Of a stretch of 64,000 bases of DNA, positions 1-13,583 are shown piece by piece. Position 1 is the first letter of the stretch. Every line of letters begins with the position of its first letter. The notes below the pieces were generated by a model. That model ran no database searches and was not told the DNA's origin. It was given only the letters and a program-made list of their open reading frames with translations. The stretch is from Squalus acanthias. Its lineage: Eukaryota. Both the position numbers and the translations under genes were made by a program. Where the stretch lies: contig CM059438.1 of NCBI GenBank assembly GCA_030390025.1, positions 77,376,001-77,440,000 of the forward strand, read 5' to 3'.

Positions 1-139
1 GTCCAAGATATTCACAAGTCAAGATCAGGGACATAATGCAGCATACTGTGCATTGAATACATTGAGCAGGTGTTCCCACTTAATCCAAGTCTCACATATC
101 TATTTTTGCTCTAACCATGTACAATCTGATTAGCCTCTA

Positions 140-652
140 GAACAATATGCTTGTCTTGGATGAGCCACCATTTCCTTCAGCTAAACCATGGAATGACTGA
201 AGACATTGACAAGCTTTGTACCCTTTCCTCCAAGTCCACCTCTCTCCCCAGTTACTGTCTCCGGCTGATCCAGACTGTTCGCAACCTTGAGCTGAGCTTC
301 CAGCCCCATTTCCTCTCCATCACAAAGACCTCCTCCTGCTCCCTCTGCAACATTGCTTGCCTCTTTCTCTACCTCAGCCGATAAGCTGTTGAAACTCTCA
401 TCCATGTCTTTGTCATCTCCAGACTCGACTATTTCAATACTCTCCTGCCTGGCCTTGCATCCTCCCCCCTCTATAAACATTAGTTCATTCAAGACTCTTC
501 CCGCATCCCATCCCACACTAAACTTTGCTCACCTAGCAATCCTTCATGGCTTTGCCCCTCTCTATGTTTGTAACCTCTGCCAGCTCTACAACCATGCTCT
601 GCTGTGGGACATTTCTCTATGTTGAAGACACTATGTAAATGCAAGTTGTTCT
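140..652 (+). mobile_element. L2 LINE 3' fragment, degenerate
   Basis: catgtctttgtcatctccagactcgacta (HxFVxSRLDY-type) segment and tail tgtaaatgcaagttgtt shared with other copies. Confidence 0.75.
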
Positions 653-829
653 GGATTGTCAGTAAATGCTCTTACCGGCAGTTATTCTGTACAATATCTG
701 TGTATATTTTATCTAATCAAATATTGCTGTATAATCTAAATACATGTCGCAATTCTATACATGAAGGACTTTTACTCTTTTTGGTTTATATAGATATTTC
801 AATACATTGCTTTTTAATAAGACAGTGAA

Positions 830-1135
830 AAATTTGCTGGTGACAGGACAAGTTGATGGGGCTGTTAAAAAAGCATATGGGATCCTGGGCTTTATAAACC
901 AAGGCATAGAGTACAAAAGCAAGGAAGTTGTGCTAAACCTTTTATAAATCACTGGTTAGGCCTCAGCTGGAATATTGTGTCCAATTCTGGGCACTGCACT
1001 TTAGGAAGGATGTCAAGGCTGATCGGGTGGGAGGAGGGGGTTATATGAAGTTGGGTGGGAGAAGGTTCATGTGGAGCATAAACACTGACGCAGAGCAGTT
1101 TGGCTGAATGGCTTGTTTCTGTGCTGTAAAATTCA
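830..1135 (+). mobile_element. CR1 LINE 3' fragment with internal deletion
   Basis: gagtacaaaagcaaggaagtt...ggttaggcctcagctggaatattgtgtccaattctgg (RPQLEYCVQFW). Confidence 0.8.
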
Positions 1136-1158
1136 ATGCAAGTAGGACAGCCGCCGCC

Positions 1159-1445
1159 TTAGGCAGTCCCTCGGAACCGAGGATGACTTGCTTCCACACT
1201 AAAAATGAGTTCGCGGGTGACTGATGAGTCCAATGCGGGACCTACAGTCTCTGTCACAGGTGGGGCAGACGGTGGTTGAAGGGGCAGGTGGGTGGGGTGC
1301 TTGGGTTGACGTGCGCTCCTTCCGCTTGCTCCCGGCGAAGAGACTCGAGGTGTTCGGCGCCCTCCCGGATGCCTCTCCTCCACTTTGTGTGGTCTTGGGC
1401 CAGGGATTCCCAGGTGTCGGTGGGGATGTTGCACTTTTTCAAGGA
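1159..1445 (-). mobile_element. RTE-clade LINE 3' end
   Basis: KCNIPTDTWESLAQD..KWRR.IREG; reverse complement of about 33320-33620. Confidence 0.85.
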
Positions 1446-3070
1446 GGATTTGTGGTGTGTTTACAGTACAACCTTGATGTCACTGCAAGTGGTTTCTGCT
1501 TCAGATTAATGTTAAATCCATAGTCCGAGCCAAACCTGAGGTCAGGCAGTGGGTGGGCCTACTGCTCTGTCGGGAGTCTTGGATTACTTGAGTATGACAT
1601 GACTTGGTGTAATTCCAGTATGTGTTTTTTTAAAGTGCCTAAGGAGTTCCTTTAGGACTTTTACACCCTTCTTAAAACTACCTGGAGTTAGACTAAATAT
1701 TTTGAGCACTGCCACCTATGCGCACTCATAATGTAAATTTTAATCACAGGAAGAAGAGCTCTGCATGTGTATTCAGTAGTTCAGGGGCTAATTGCAATGA
1801 CCGGATCTCAAATACCAAAAGGACTGGGGGGTTGTGCATTTAAAGAACAATGTTGGGCGAGCCAAAAGAGGGGCAGGCTGTTATGAGTTGGAGCAGCAAA
1901 TGGAAGAAAAAGAGTTAAAATAGGTGTGCTTTTAACCACATCCCTATTTCTCTGCTATATCCTTCTTGTCCATTGCTGCTATTGTAAAGCACTTTGGGAG
2001 GTTTTGTTTTATGAAAGTTGCCATATAAATTTACAGTGGTTGTTAGAACCACTGAAGTGTACAGCAGAAAAGTTCATTCTTGTTTGTATGGGTTCTTCAC
2101 TAGAGCACTCCAAAATTAATCCCACTGCCTTGCTGTAGTCCTGTATCTTTTTCAAATATTGATCCAATATTTTTTCATAACATGCAATGGTCTCTGCCTC
2201 ACCTACTTCTTCTTTTCCTATAGTAAAGCATACCATGCTCCCAACAACCCACTTGAGTCAGGAACTTTCTCCTAACCTCCGACTTCACTCTTTTGGTGAT
2301 CCCCCTCGTCATTGACTCTCAACTAGTCTTTCCCTCTTCACCCTATCAAAACTTTTCAGAATTGTAACAGTCTCTACTAAATATCCTCAAATAGTCCCAG
2401 TATTTCAAGTCTCTCCTCAAAAATATAGTTTCTCTTCCTAGGTGAATCTATGCTGCATACTTTTACTGCTTTCATATCTCTCCTATAATGGGGTACCTAA
2501 AACCGCACTAGTACTCTAACTGCTGCCTAAGCATTGTCTTGTATAACCTTATCTTTACTCTTTTACTTTATGCCTCTATTTATTTATAAAACCTGAAATG
2601 TTATTGGCATTTTTATGTTGTGGTTTTGTGCCTTTTGAGACTAAGCTTTGGAATCCAAAAGATGGAAATTTTGAATGTGCTGCCATGCATTATTCATACC
2701 TATACAATTGAATAGGAATTCTTGTACATTCCTAATACTGCAAGCGCCTAACCAGAGATGTTGCCGTGGAATGAAGTTACTATATTCCCTATATACTAAA
2801 TCAGCTGGGAATATCTGATCAACTGGAAAAAGTCACTTGTGGAATTCTTGTATGGAGAAAATTATTGCAATGTCTAGTGCAACCCTTCAAGATGCTACAA
2901 ATGATTATAAAGACCTAGTTTTGTTTCTCGCAGTCAGTCTTCTCACATGTTAGTTTAGTTATTTGTCTGCGCAGTTGTACTAAATATAACTGGATTCTGT
3001 TTTTGTATTGCTTGTTATAGTTGTCTTGGGGCTATAATTTTTTCATGAAATATTTGCTTATGCATTGCAG

Positions 3071-3141
3071 CTCCAATGTTTCCAAACTACCAGATATTAC
3101 AGTTACTGGAGACAGCAGTCCTGTCAAAGAACATGTCCTTG
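3071..3141 (+). CDS. CDK5RAP2: CDK5RAP2 exon 2 (71 nt, SNVSKLPDITVTGDSSPVKEHVL)
   Basis: ttgcag acceptor, G|gtaggt donor, open frame, phase-1 end fits the next exon; peptide poorly conserved. Confidence 0.7.
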
Positions 3142-4435
3142 GTAGGTACATTGTTTCAATTTAATTTCACCTTCATAGATGGTTACCTGTAGTGTAGCTT
3201 TAAGTACTGCTAGATGTGAACTCTCCTACCTCCAATGTTTATTAAAGTAGTCCACAAGTTTCATAGAATATTTTAAAGTAATATAAGGTAGTGGACCTGC
3301 TCCTTGGTTGCACAATATGGATCTGTAACTGCATGTACTCTGCCTGCCCTAGCAGGCTGGCACCATGTTTCCACAATAAACACTTAGTAAACAAATTCAC
3401 TGCAGTAGGCTTGCCATTGTATTTCCCAGTTTACAGTGATGAGCAAGACTCTTTCTTGTCCACTAGCTCCACAACAGCCTGCAGTCCCTGATGCAGCTGC
3501 CTACTGATGGCTGTGGGGATATTTGCAACTTGTCCTCCATTCAGTTATTCCAAAAAACGTTCTTCACTGGAAAATGAAGTACTTCTGGGAATCTTTAAGC
3601 CAAAGTGTGTTTGACATATTAATGTTCATCAATTCCTGTCAAACGGAAATCCAGTTTTGAATCCATTATTCGACTCGAGTTAGTTACAATTTGATGGCTT
3701 CATTCTTCCACACACCTTTCTTCAAAAAAAAAATTGCACACCCTGTGTGGGAGATGGGAACCTTTTTAGGACTGCAGATTATGGACCCATGTATGATGTC
3801 TCTAACCTTTTACATGCATTTTTAAGTTTAAAAAAAAAAAAATACGCTGCTTAACTTCTAATGGGTGTAACAATAGGAAATTTAAAGCTGTATTTCTGAA
3901 ACTTCACTAACAGAAATAAAGTGAAGTATTTGATGTGTTGTATAGTTTTACATTCTACATTGTAGTAGATAACTTAATGGTGCAGCATACCCTGCAACCT
4001 GTCTGAGCAGCAAAGAATATTCGTCAATTAAAAGGTTGAACAGATGACTCTTTATGATCTTTTGAATGAAACTTGACAAACGTTACATTTTAAATAGTTT
4101 CTTATTTTTCTCATCACTTTGAATAAAGATGCAATAATATTTATCATTTGGATCACGCTGTTACAAGTAGATCATCTGGTTTGTTAAACTTATTTCCCTA
4201 GAGTTGGACTTAAACAGTCAGCTTTGACTAACATACAAGCAGACCAGCTAAGCTGCTGTTAGGATGTTTGTTGGACATTCCTCCCAAATGGTGGAAGAAT
4301 GTGACCAACTATATTTGGCTTGTTACAGTTTCGATGGTGAAGGACTGTTGGCTCTGGCTCTGATCCTTTGTTTTCTCCTTCACTATGACAACCTTACTTG
4401 GACACTTCCACTTAACCCTTTGTCTCACTTTCCAG

Positions 4436-4503
4436 TGTTCCCGAATATCACTGGTGGGAAATTGTCTCCAATCCGAGCTCGTACTATGAAAGAGTTTGAA
4501 ACG
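4436..4503 (+). CDS. CDK5RAP2: CDK5RAP2 exon 3 (68 nt, VFPNITGGKLSPIRARTMKEFET), start of CM1
   Basis: tttccag / gtaagt; SPxRARxMKxFE motif. Confidence 0.93.
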
Positions 4504-4949
4504 GTAAGTTAGAAACATTTCATATGTGCACATTATTTTAACCTCATGGAAAACATTAACTCTAATCACCGGTAATCATCCTCAAAATGATTTTATGCTG
4601 CATACTTATGCCTGTTCTGTTGGGAATTTGGGGTTCCATCTTTTTGATTACTGCTACTTAATTATAAGGAAAATTATGTTGCATATTTTTTGGACTTCAT
4701 AACCCAACTTAACTGTAATTGATATAAGCATGTCAAAACATTTGACAATGCTCATCAACTTAATTGAAATATGTATTAAACACTAAAAGGTGCAATATTG
4801 AGATTAGTTTGAATAACCCATCCTGAAAAGCTCTTTTGTTTAAGATTAGTTTTCCTGAAGTATTGCATGAGTTATGTAGAATACAACAGATATCGAGGGA
4901 GGGGGATGCTAGATGACGACAAACATCGAAGCGGTTTACATGATCACAG

Positions 4950-6145
4950 CAGCAACAACAACAACAACAACTTGCATTTATATAGCACCTTTAACATAGT
5001 AAAATGTCCCAAGGTGCTTCACCAGAGCATTATCAAACAAAATTTCACACTGAGCCACATGAGATATTAGAGCAGACTTGGTCAAAGAGAGAGGTTTTAA
5101 GAAGTGTCTTAAAGGAGGCGAGATAGAGAGCGGAGTTTTAGGGAGGGAATGCCAGAGCTTGGGGCCTAGGCGGCTGAAAGCATGGCTGCCATTGGTGGAG
5201 TGATTAAAATTGGGGTTGCGCAAGAGGCCAGAATTGGAGGAGCGTAGAGATCTCTGATGGTTGTAGGGCTGGAGGAGGTTATAGTGGCGGGGGCGAGACC
5301 ATGGAGTGATTTTTGAAAACCAGGATGAGAATTTTTAAATCGAGGCATTGCCGGACCGGGAGCCAGTGCAGGTCAGCGAGCACGGGTGATGGGTGAACGG
5401 GACTTGGTGCAAGTTAAGGTACAGGCAGCAAAGCTTTGGCAGAGCTCAAGTTTACAGCGGGTGAAAGGTGCGAGGCTGGCCAGGAGAGCATTGGAATAGT
5501 TGAGTCAAGAGGTAATCAAGGCATGGATGAGGATTTCAGCAGCAGATGAGTTGAGTCAGGGACGGAGACAGGCGATGTTACGGAGGTGGAAATAGATGGT
5601 CTTGGTGATAGAGCGGATATGTGGTTGGAAGCTCACCTCTGGGGGGGTCAAATAGGTTGCCAAGTTTGCAAAGGGTCTAGTTCAGCCTCAGACAGTGGCC
5701 TGCAAGAGGGATGGAGTCGTTGGCTAGGGAATGGATTTTGTGGTGGGGACTGAAGACAATGGCTTCGGTCTTCCCGACATTTCGTTGGGCAAAATTTCTG
5801 CTCATCCAGGATTGGATGTGGGGCAAGCAACATCCGAGGCAGTGGAGGGGCTGAGCGAGGTGGTGGTGAGGTAGAGCTGGGTGTTGTCAGCATACAGGTA
5901 GAACCTGACATTGTGTTTTTGTATGACGTAGCAAAGGGGCAGCATGTAGATGAGAAATAGGAGGTTGTCAAGTATGGATCCTTGGGGGACTCCAGAGGTA
6001 ACGGAGTGGAAGGAGAAGCCATTGCATGTGATTCTCTGGCTACAAAGGAATGGAACCAGGTGAGGACAGTCCCACCCAGCTGGCTGATGGAGGAAAGGCA
6101 TTTGAAGAGGATGGTGTGGCCAACTGTGTCAAAGGCTGCTCCAGC
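4950..6145 (-). mobile_element. L2 LINE, RT C-terminal part and 3' end with (TTG)n tail
   Basis: SGVPQGSILD..LFLIYMLPL..YADNTQLY on minus strand; (AAC)n at about 4954-4971. Confidence 0.9.
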
Positions 6146-9100
6146 TTTGTTCTGGTCAGATACTGTTATAGTGCACTAAGTCTCAGCAACATGTTTGTAG
6201 AGTCTTCTGCTTAGTTGACATATGAGTTATATCACAGACTGCAGGTCACCTTATTTTTAATGAAGAGTGAGCATGGTAATTTGGTATTCTCATAACATTG
6301 AATAATATATAAAATGCCCAGGAGGTCCATGGGTTGTCCAAATACTTTTTAAAATGCTGCTTTTCATGGGACTAGAGTTATGCTGCACCCAATATAAAAA
6401 TGCTAGAAAGTGGTATGAAGAAGCCTTCTGGAGAGCCTCTCTTGTTTGGTGTTATAGTACTCCAGAGTCTGGATGGCACCTGACTCGGTTATACTGCTAC
6501 TTTTATCTTGGTGCAAATCTAAAACTACTTTACTTCAATCTATTATGGCAGTAGAACTACCCAATAAAACCCCACAATGCCTATTTTTCTTCTTTTTAAT
6601 ACTTATAAATTAACGGTATTTATAGGTGTGACTGGAGCAGAAGGCCAGTGCAGTTCAAATAATACATTTGACTCATTATTAGTACCATGTCATAATTTTA
6701 GGCTATGTTATTCTTTATTTCTGTGTATATATTCTCAAACTTTGTGTACACTTAGTCCATATTCATTTTTTTTTTTCAAAAAGTGAACATTTTGTCGATT
6801 GGCGCACAAGTTTCTTTGCTCCAAAAAAAAAATTGCTTTCTTCCTAAAATTTTCCTTGGAAAAGCATCTGGTGCTCGAATGCCTGAATTGCACAGTAGAC
6901 TGATGGATTGTTGCGGTCAAAGCGCTCTATCCATAAAGATCTCAATCACATTTGCACTCTATCATTTTTTTTTGTCTCTGCTTCTCCTCATTCTTCAGTG
7001 TTGGGACTTTTCTTCACACCTATAATTGGGTTGACAGAATCCCTGCCCCACCCCATGTTGGGAGACAAAGGGAATAAAAGAACCTCCTGGATAAATCCAG
7101 TTTAAAATAGACGCAAAACTCCCTATGATGCTATTGTGGCACTATTCTAAATCTTGTCAATAACTTGCGTTTATAAAGTAATGATATTTTTATGGTTTTA
7201 TTACATAGTAAATACTGTAGAGCTTAGACTGTCGAGCTAATGGTAACCTAGGTTGTGCACATTTAATGTCCTCTAACTTAACAGAAAATGAAAAAATAAT
7301 GCTGCTCACTGAAAACCATGAGCGCATAATGTTAACTGCTCAGAACAGCACTAACCTACTCGAAGACCCTCATTTCTGTTCCTTTCTCAAATTGCACATT
7401 TCAAAAAAAATCTTTAATTTCTGTAGAAATTAAACACTATTGTGCAACTTTAGCTCCTAAGTGTCTAGCTGAAGAGTCGTGGGAAGCACGCTTATTATGC
7501 CTGTTGGAAATCTCTTAAATTTAAGGTCTGATTAAATAACCCTGTTGTTTACGAGCAGGATCGACATGGTATAACTGGACCAGAAAATGCTGATCAGGAG
7601 ATGGGCTTTCAAAAAAGCTAACTAGTTTAGGGACTGCTGTGTCTGCTTGGAAAGGGGAAAGGGGAGGAAGTTAATTGTAGCTGAGCAGTTCCTTTTGTGT
7701 CACTTTGCTGGGTCCTTTTTTGGAAATTTAAGGAAGGTTCTTTCGTGCTTTTGCTTTGCTGAAACAACTTAAAAACCCAAAGAAAAACATATTTCAAGAT
7801 TAGCTCAGTAGTGGTTAAGACTCTCTTGCTTCACATATATATTTGTAAGTTCTCTATTAGGTGGCGTGCCTTTCAGTAACTGAGTGCCTTACTCTGGGCA
7901 ATGAATAGTTGATAAGGCATTGTCTGGCTTAATCCACAAAAAGCATATCTTGTCAACGCTGCCAAGTATGCTGCCAACATTAAGCCTAGAGACTTCTGTT
8001 TATTTTGGGCCATGTAGCTAAAGGAAAAGAAAGCACTGAACTGGGAGAATAGCTGGTTTAGTGTTGGTCAACGGTGATGCCACATGATTGCTTGATAATT
8101 AGAGGTCATTCTTTATTGATGTAAAAATTATGACTTTGTTTTTTTTAAAAAGAAAAACAGCTTTTAACATTTAATGGATGTAGATAACATCATAAGCCTA
8201 TGATTTTTTAAAAGCTATCCACTGATGGTTTTTTTTATGTATGGGGAAGATCTAGATCCCATGAGCACCACAGATAACAGAACCATATGTTTACAGCGCA
8301 GAAAGAGACCATTCAGCCCAACATGTCTGCCAAGAGTAATCCAAAACTAATCCCACTGCCTGCTATTTTCCCATAGCCCCGTATCTTCCTGCACTTCAAA
8401 TAATGATTCCGTTTTCCCTAGAATTCGTAGCGTCGGAGCTTTTAACTTTTTATCATCTGAGAATGAATAATCCTGATGAGGCTTTCCTCTGAAGACTGTC
8501 AATTGAGAATTCCTTTCACTTCTGTAGAACAGAATTTGATTGTACCGAAGCTTTGGTATATTCAGAATTTATTTAATTAATATTAATTTGATGCTTCTAG
8601 ATCTTCGTCCGAAGTTCCTTTTTCGCCTGGCCTTAATTATGCTTTCATGGTACAATTCTCTGGGTTCTTTTGGCTCTGTGTGCAGGCATTCAGAACTTTG
8701 GTGTAAGGGATGTATAGCCACGGAGGCAAAATCTTTCCTTATGCATTGTGATTCACATTTGACTCTGTTTTCCATCACCAGTTACCCAGCTAAGTATACA
8801 TTTCAGGGCTTGCTTTGTTGCTGCAGCAGTGCTAACTGTCTCTCTTATAAAACAGAATCAGACTGATGCAATCAGATGGGCATGGAGCACAATACTGTAC
8901 TGTCTCCAGGTTGTTATTTATCGTGAATGCTGGTTAATTGTATTTGTATCTGATTTTCTTTTGCTTAATTTTGTCAACTTCTATTTGATTAAAATCAGTG
9001 CAAGGAATTTTAGGCAGCATTACATGACGTTTTCTGACTTCCACTTGCAGTAGCTTAATTAAACTGCAGATTGGGGGAGAGCAAAATAGATCACACTTTC

Positions 9101-9359
9101 TAAAACTAGGTAAAATGAAATGTTCTTTGGGTCTCTATACATGTATGTCTCAGTTCAATAAGAAACTACCCTAGTTGTGTTGAATTATTTTAAGATTTTA
9201 TTGTAGAAAGTGGAGAAGATAATAGGACATATATAGATGCTGCAAAGTAGTAGTGTACAGTATGGGACTTTGGAAATTAAAACTCATTTACAGATACAGC
9301 AAAATAGTTCCTATCAGTATGATATAAATACAGAATTAAACACATGTAGGCTGGCGATG

Positions 9360-10160
9360 TGATGCTCTACCTTTCCACCAACTTTCTCAACCTTTCCACT
9401 GTGTTGCCAGACTGCTTGTTCAGCATCCAGTCTTGGGTAAGTCTCAATTGTTCCCCAATTAAACACTGGGACAACCATTGTCTTTGGCCCCCACCACAAA
9501 CTCCATACCCTTGCCACTGATTCCATCCCCTGCCCCAGCCGTTATCCTCGGCTGAACCTGACTTTGTTTGCATCTTCTTCAACCCTGATCTGAGATTCCA
9601 ACACCATATCCTCGCCATCACAAAAACTGTCGACCTCCACCTCCTATCTCAGCCCAATTGCTGCTGCAACATTCATCCGTGCCTTTGTTATCATCAGACT
9701 CCACTATTGCAATGCTTGCCTGCCCAGCCTTCCATCCTCCATATCTTATCCCACACCAAGTCCTGCCCATGCATTGCCCCTGTCTTCGCTGACCTATGTT
9801 GGCTTCTGGCCCCTAATGCACCAAATTAAAAAAAAATTTTTTTTTAAATCTCTGCATGCTTTCCCCCCTCCCCCCACCCCCAATCTCTAACCACTTCTAG
9901 TAGAACCCCCCAACCCATGAACTCTCCATTCCTCTGACTATGGATTCTTGTATATTCCCTGCCACCCTTTCCACTTCCCTGCCTCTCTCTCTCCTTCGCC
10001 TCCTTTTAGACCCTCCTTAAAACCTACATCTGACCACTCCTCCTAATATCTCCTCCTTTGGCTTGTTGTCCATTAAAAAAAAAACTATGCTCCTGAAGGG
10101 ACAATTTTGGGACATTTTTCAACTTTATGGCTCTATATAAATGCAAGTTGTTGTTGTTTG
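9360..10160 (+). mobile_element. L2 LINE 3' fragment
   Basis: Similar to 27000-27855; ends ctatataaatgcaagttgttgttg. Confidence 0.75.
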
Positions 10161-11469
10161 AACTAGAACATTGGCTAGACTAATAGTTTGCATTTATATA
10201 ACACCTTTAACATGGCAAAACCTCACGACATTTTGTACGGTAACATGAAACACCTGGATTTTTATTCCTTTTTAAGTCTCAATTATATGTGGCTTATTTA
10301 AGAAGGGGAATTTGAGAGCGGAGCAGAAGAGAATTTTTTTTTGAAATGCATGTCTCAAATGATCCTTGTCTTAAATGGAACAAAGCCTATTATTTTGTTT
10401 GGAGAAGAGATCAGTAAAAGAATATGAATTCCGTTTAGGGGCTCATAATTTGATCTGGCTGATAAATTCACAAAAACAGCTAGACAGAGGTGTTGGAATA
10501 AATTGAATATCCCAGCTGTATTCATTTAGGGTACCAGCTAGAATGAATCATTGTAACAAAGAAACTTCTGAAATCCAACCCTATTTTAAAGGTGAAATCG
10601 GACAATATTGCAGTGTCCACATACTCTTGTTTCCTTTCGATGAGCTGGAAATTATATCCACATACCTCAAATACTCGCAGAATAGCTTTAAAACTTGGAT
10701 GCAGTCCCCAGCACTTACGTCCACAGTTAAAACAAGGAGTTGCTGATATTGGCCGAAAAGCGAAAACCATTTGCATTAATGTCAATTTCAAAGTTGCGGG
10801 TAATAGCATCATAAGTGCTCCATTTATTTTGTTCATAAACAGCTGTGCTTACTCATGTTCGCATCTCCTTTAGGTGCATTGAAGCACCTAAATAAGTAAA
10901 TTATTTAAATAAAGCTACTGTAGTTGTATTGCATGCAGTCTTGTTTGGTTTCTTCAATAGTGATCTACAGTGTATAAAATGGGTCATTAGGATGTGAGAC
11001 AACTTCAGTAGACACCTCTGTTAGTTAACAGATTCCTTTCTGTTTCTTCTCCAACCAGGGAATAAAAAGCAAGGATTGTTGTGCATCACATAATTGAGTA
11101 GGCAAAGTAATGAGATAGGGCCTTAATCACAGAAGCACTTTATTTCCATTTAAATTGAGATATATAAAGATGTCTGTCCCAACATTCATAGTAATAGTGA
11201 AAATCCCCTATTAAAACTACAAGGTTTTCCCCATTATATGGGCCATTGCATATGGCAGGCAAATCATGTTTGCACGAACGTACCCGCTATAAGCAGTGGG
11301 GACTGTAGCTCCCCCTGCCCTCCCTCTTCTCCCTTGGGGAGTCATCTGACCTCTACTCGCATTGCTATGACTATTATCTTAACAGTGTGGGGGTTAGTGA
11401 GTGTGGCCCTATGTCCCACAGCCTTGATGCACTCTATTGGAGCTCTAGCATGCTGTGCATATGGGCTGA

Positions 11470-12075
11470 AGTAGGGCCATAGACAGACAGATTGCAGAGG
11501 TGGAAGTAGGCATTTTTGTGATGGAGGATATGGGATTAGAAGTGCTTCTCTGGGTCAAATAGTAGCCAAGGTTGCAAACGGTTGATTTAGCCTGAGATAA
11601 TAGCTGGGGAGAGGGTATGGAGTTTGTAGCAGTGACCAAAGATGAAGGCTTTAGACTTCCCAGTGTTTAGCTGAAGGAAATTGCGACTCATCCAAGACTG
11701 CATCTCAGACAAGCAGTCTGAGGAGAAGTGAAGGGGTCGAGAATTGTAGAGATGAGTATCACCAGCGTATATGTGGAAACTTGACGCCTAGTCTGTGGCT
11801 GATGTTTCTAAGGAGCAGCATGTAGAAGACTAGGCCAAGGATGGTAATCTTGGCTGACTCCAGAGGTAATTATGCAGGAATGGGAAGAGAAGCCATTGGT
11901 ACTGAGGCTCTGCTATGCTTGGATAGGCAAAAGTAGAACCAAGTGAAGGCATGGAGCTGGATAGTGGAGAGAGGCATTTGAGGAGGGTGGTGTGGTCGAC
12001 TATATTTGAGGCTGCAGAGAAGAGGAGGGATAAGGCATCACGGTCAGAGAATGTTGTTCATTAGTTAGTGCCGCT
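11470..12075 (-). mobile_element. L2 LINE fragment
   Basis: Colinear with 5560-6140 (ctccagaggtaa..gagaagccattg..tggtgtggtc). Confidence 0.7.
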
Positions 12076-12590
12076 TTGATGCTGAGAGAGGGTTTCCCAT
12101 TGCTACTGACCCATCTCCCTCCTAGCACTGGGTCAACGTGGTGATGATTCCATTGCAGCATTCTACTTCCCCTACAATCTTGCACTGCACCTCATTATCT
12201 TTCTGTCATCCCCTATCTTGGCATCTAGCCCAGGTATGAAAGTTTCTGTCTACACAATGTCCTTTTAATGTTTTACCCTCCCTACTCCCCTTCTCTTACA
12301 GATGCACTATTTCTTCTGTCTCCTTGTACCATTAAACTCCCCCTCCCATTTGGCTGACCTAGTGTAGCCCCTCTCTGGCTAATGAAGATATGGAGCCAAC
12401 ATATAAAAATGTTACTCCCACATAAAGATATGAGTCAATATGTTAAGATATTACTCCCACATAAAGAGCAGATGTCTATCTTGCGCATCTCTTCCCTTCA
12501 ATCTTTCCTCGCGTTTCCACTGGTGAGGGTGTTTTTTGAGATTTGACCAGATCTAGAGGCTGTTGGTGAGAGACTGATTCATCCCCGAGC

Positions 12591-12730
12591 CAACGTTCCC
12601 TATAAGCTGCACGGCTGTGCAGCTCTCTACCGGTCCCGCACAGCCTTTCGCGCATGTGTGAACCAGTGAATGGGCCGCACAGCCCCTTTTAAAGGGGCCG
12701 TGCACCCAAAAAAAATTACGGGGAACATTG
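12591..12730. mobile_element. hAT-type MITE (TIR CAAYGTTCCC / GGGAACATTG)
   Basis: Terminal inverted repeats; degenerate 8-bp TSD ccccgagc/cccctaac. Confidence 0.75.
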
Positions 12731-12850
12731 CCCCTAACTTGTGTGAAATTCCCACTTTAACACTGTTCACACTGGAGCATGTCTCCGTCCTCTGTCCCTG
12801 GAACTTGGGGCAACAAACACTCATACTTTGGATATCATGCTAAGTATAAA

Positions 12851-13583
12851 GGACCAGAAGTTGCGGTTGGAGGCTTCCCGCGGGCGAATGCCTCCAAACC
12901 GCAAGTAAAATCCGTACTTGCCTGATGGCCCAGGACCTACGAAGACTCGTGCTCCTGCATCAAGGCCCACGTATCCCAGGAGCGCATGCGGTTCACAAGC
13001 ATCCCTGAGATCACGTGGGCCGACCCAACCAATCAAAAAGGGGAAATTCCCATTATGCTTATGGGGATTCCATTTACGTATAGAATCCCCATAAGTATAA
13101 TGGGAATCACAAAAAAAAAATTTCACACAACCTAACTAAAAATAAATTATCACATTTAATTAAATTGTAGTTTAATTTTAAACATTTAAAACCAATGTAA
13201 TTTTTTGAAAAATAAATGTAAACATTTTTAAAGGGGCCAAAAATAACCAAACTAATTTTAAAGATTTTTGAATGTTTAAATGATTTAAAAAAATATTTTT
13301 ACATTTATTTTCACCCGTACGCTGGTAAAAGAAGGCCTTACACCTGCTTTTTATCAGGCGCAAGAGGTTCGTGGGCATTCACTGGGCAGTAGTTGGGCAA
13401 ATAGCCCAACTCTCCGCCAGCGAATGTCCATTTCCTTCGGATTCGTACGATCTGTCAAGCTGAAACTTGACCGATCGCAAGTTCCGGGTTTTTGCGCATC
13501 GCATGAGGAAACCCAGAACTTGCGGGCACTTACGACCGTGCATGCTGTGCGTACGCTGTCATAGGTCCCAGAAAGTCCGGGCC
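12851..13583. mobile_element. Non-autonomous DNA transposon (PIF/Harbinger-like MITE), same family as 38122-38788
   Basis: Imperfect GGNCC TIRs, shared ggaggcttcccgcg and atcacgtgggcc blocks, AT-rich centre. Confidence 0.75.

Noticed and set aside
1221-1250. Possible hammerhead (ctgatga gtcc..ggac)
   Set aside because: No GAAA after the stem; it is the antisense of an RTE coding end
12385-12468. About 40-bp imperfect tandem duplication (ttactcccacataaaga x2)
   Set aside because: Two copies only; ordinary local slippage duplication
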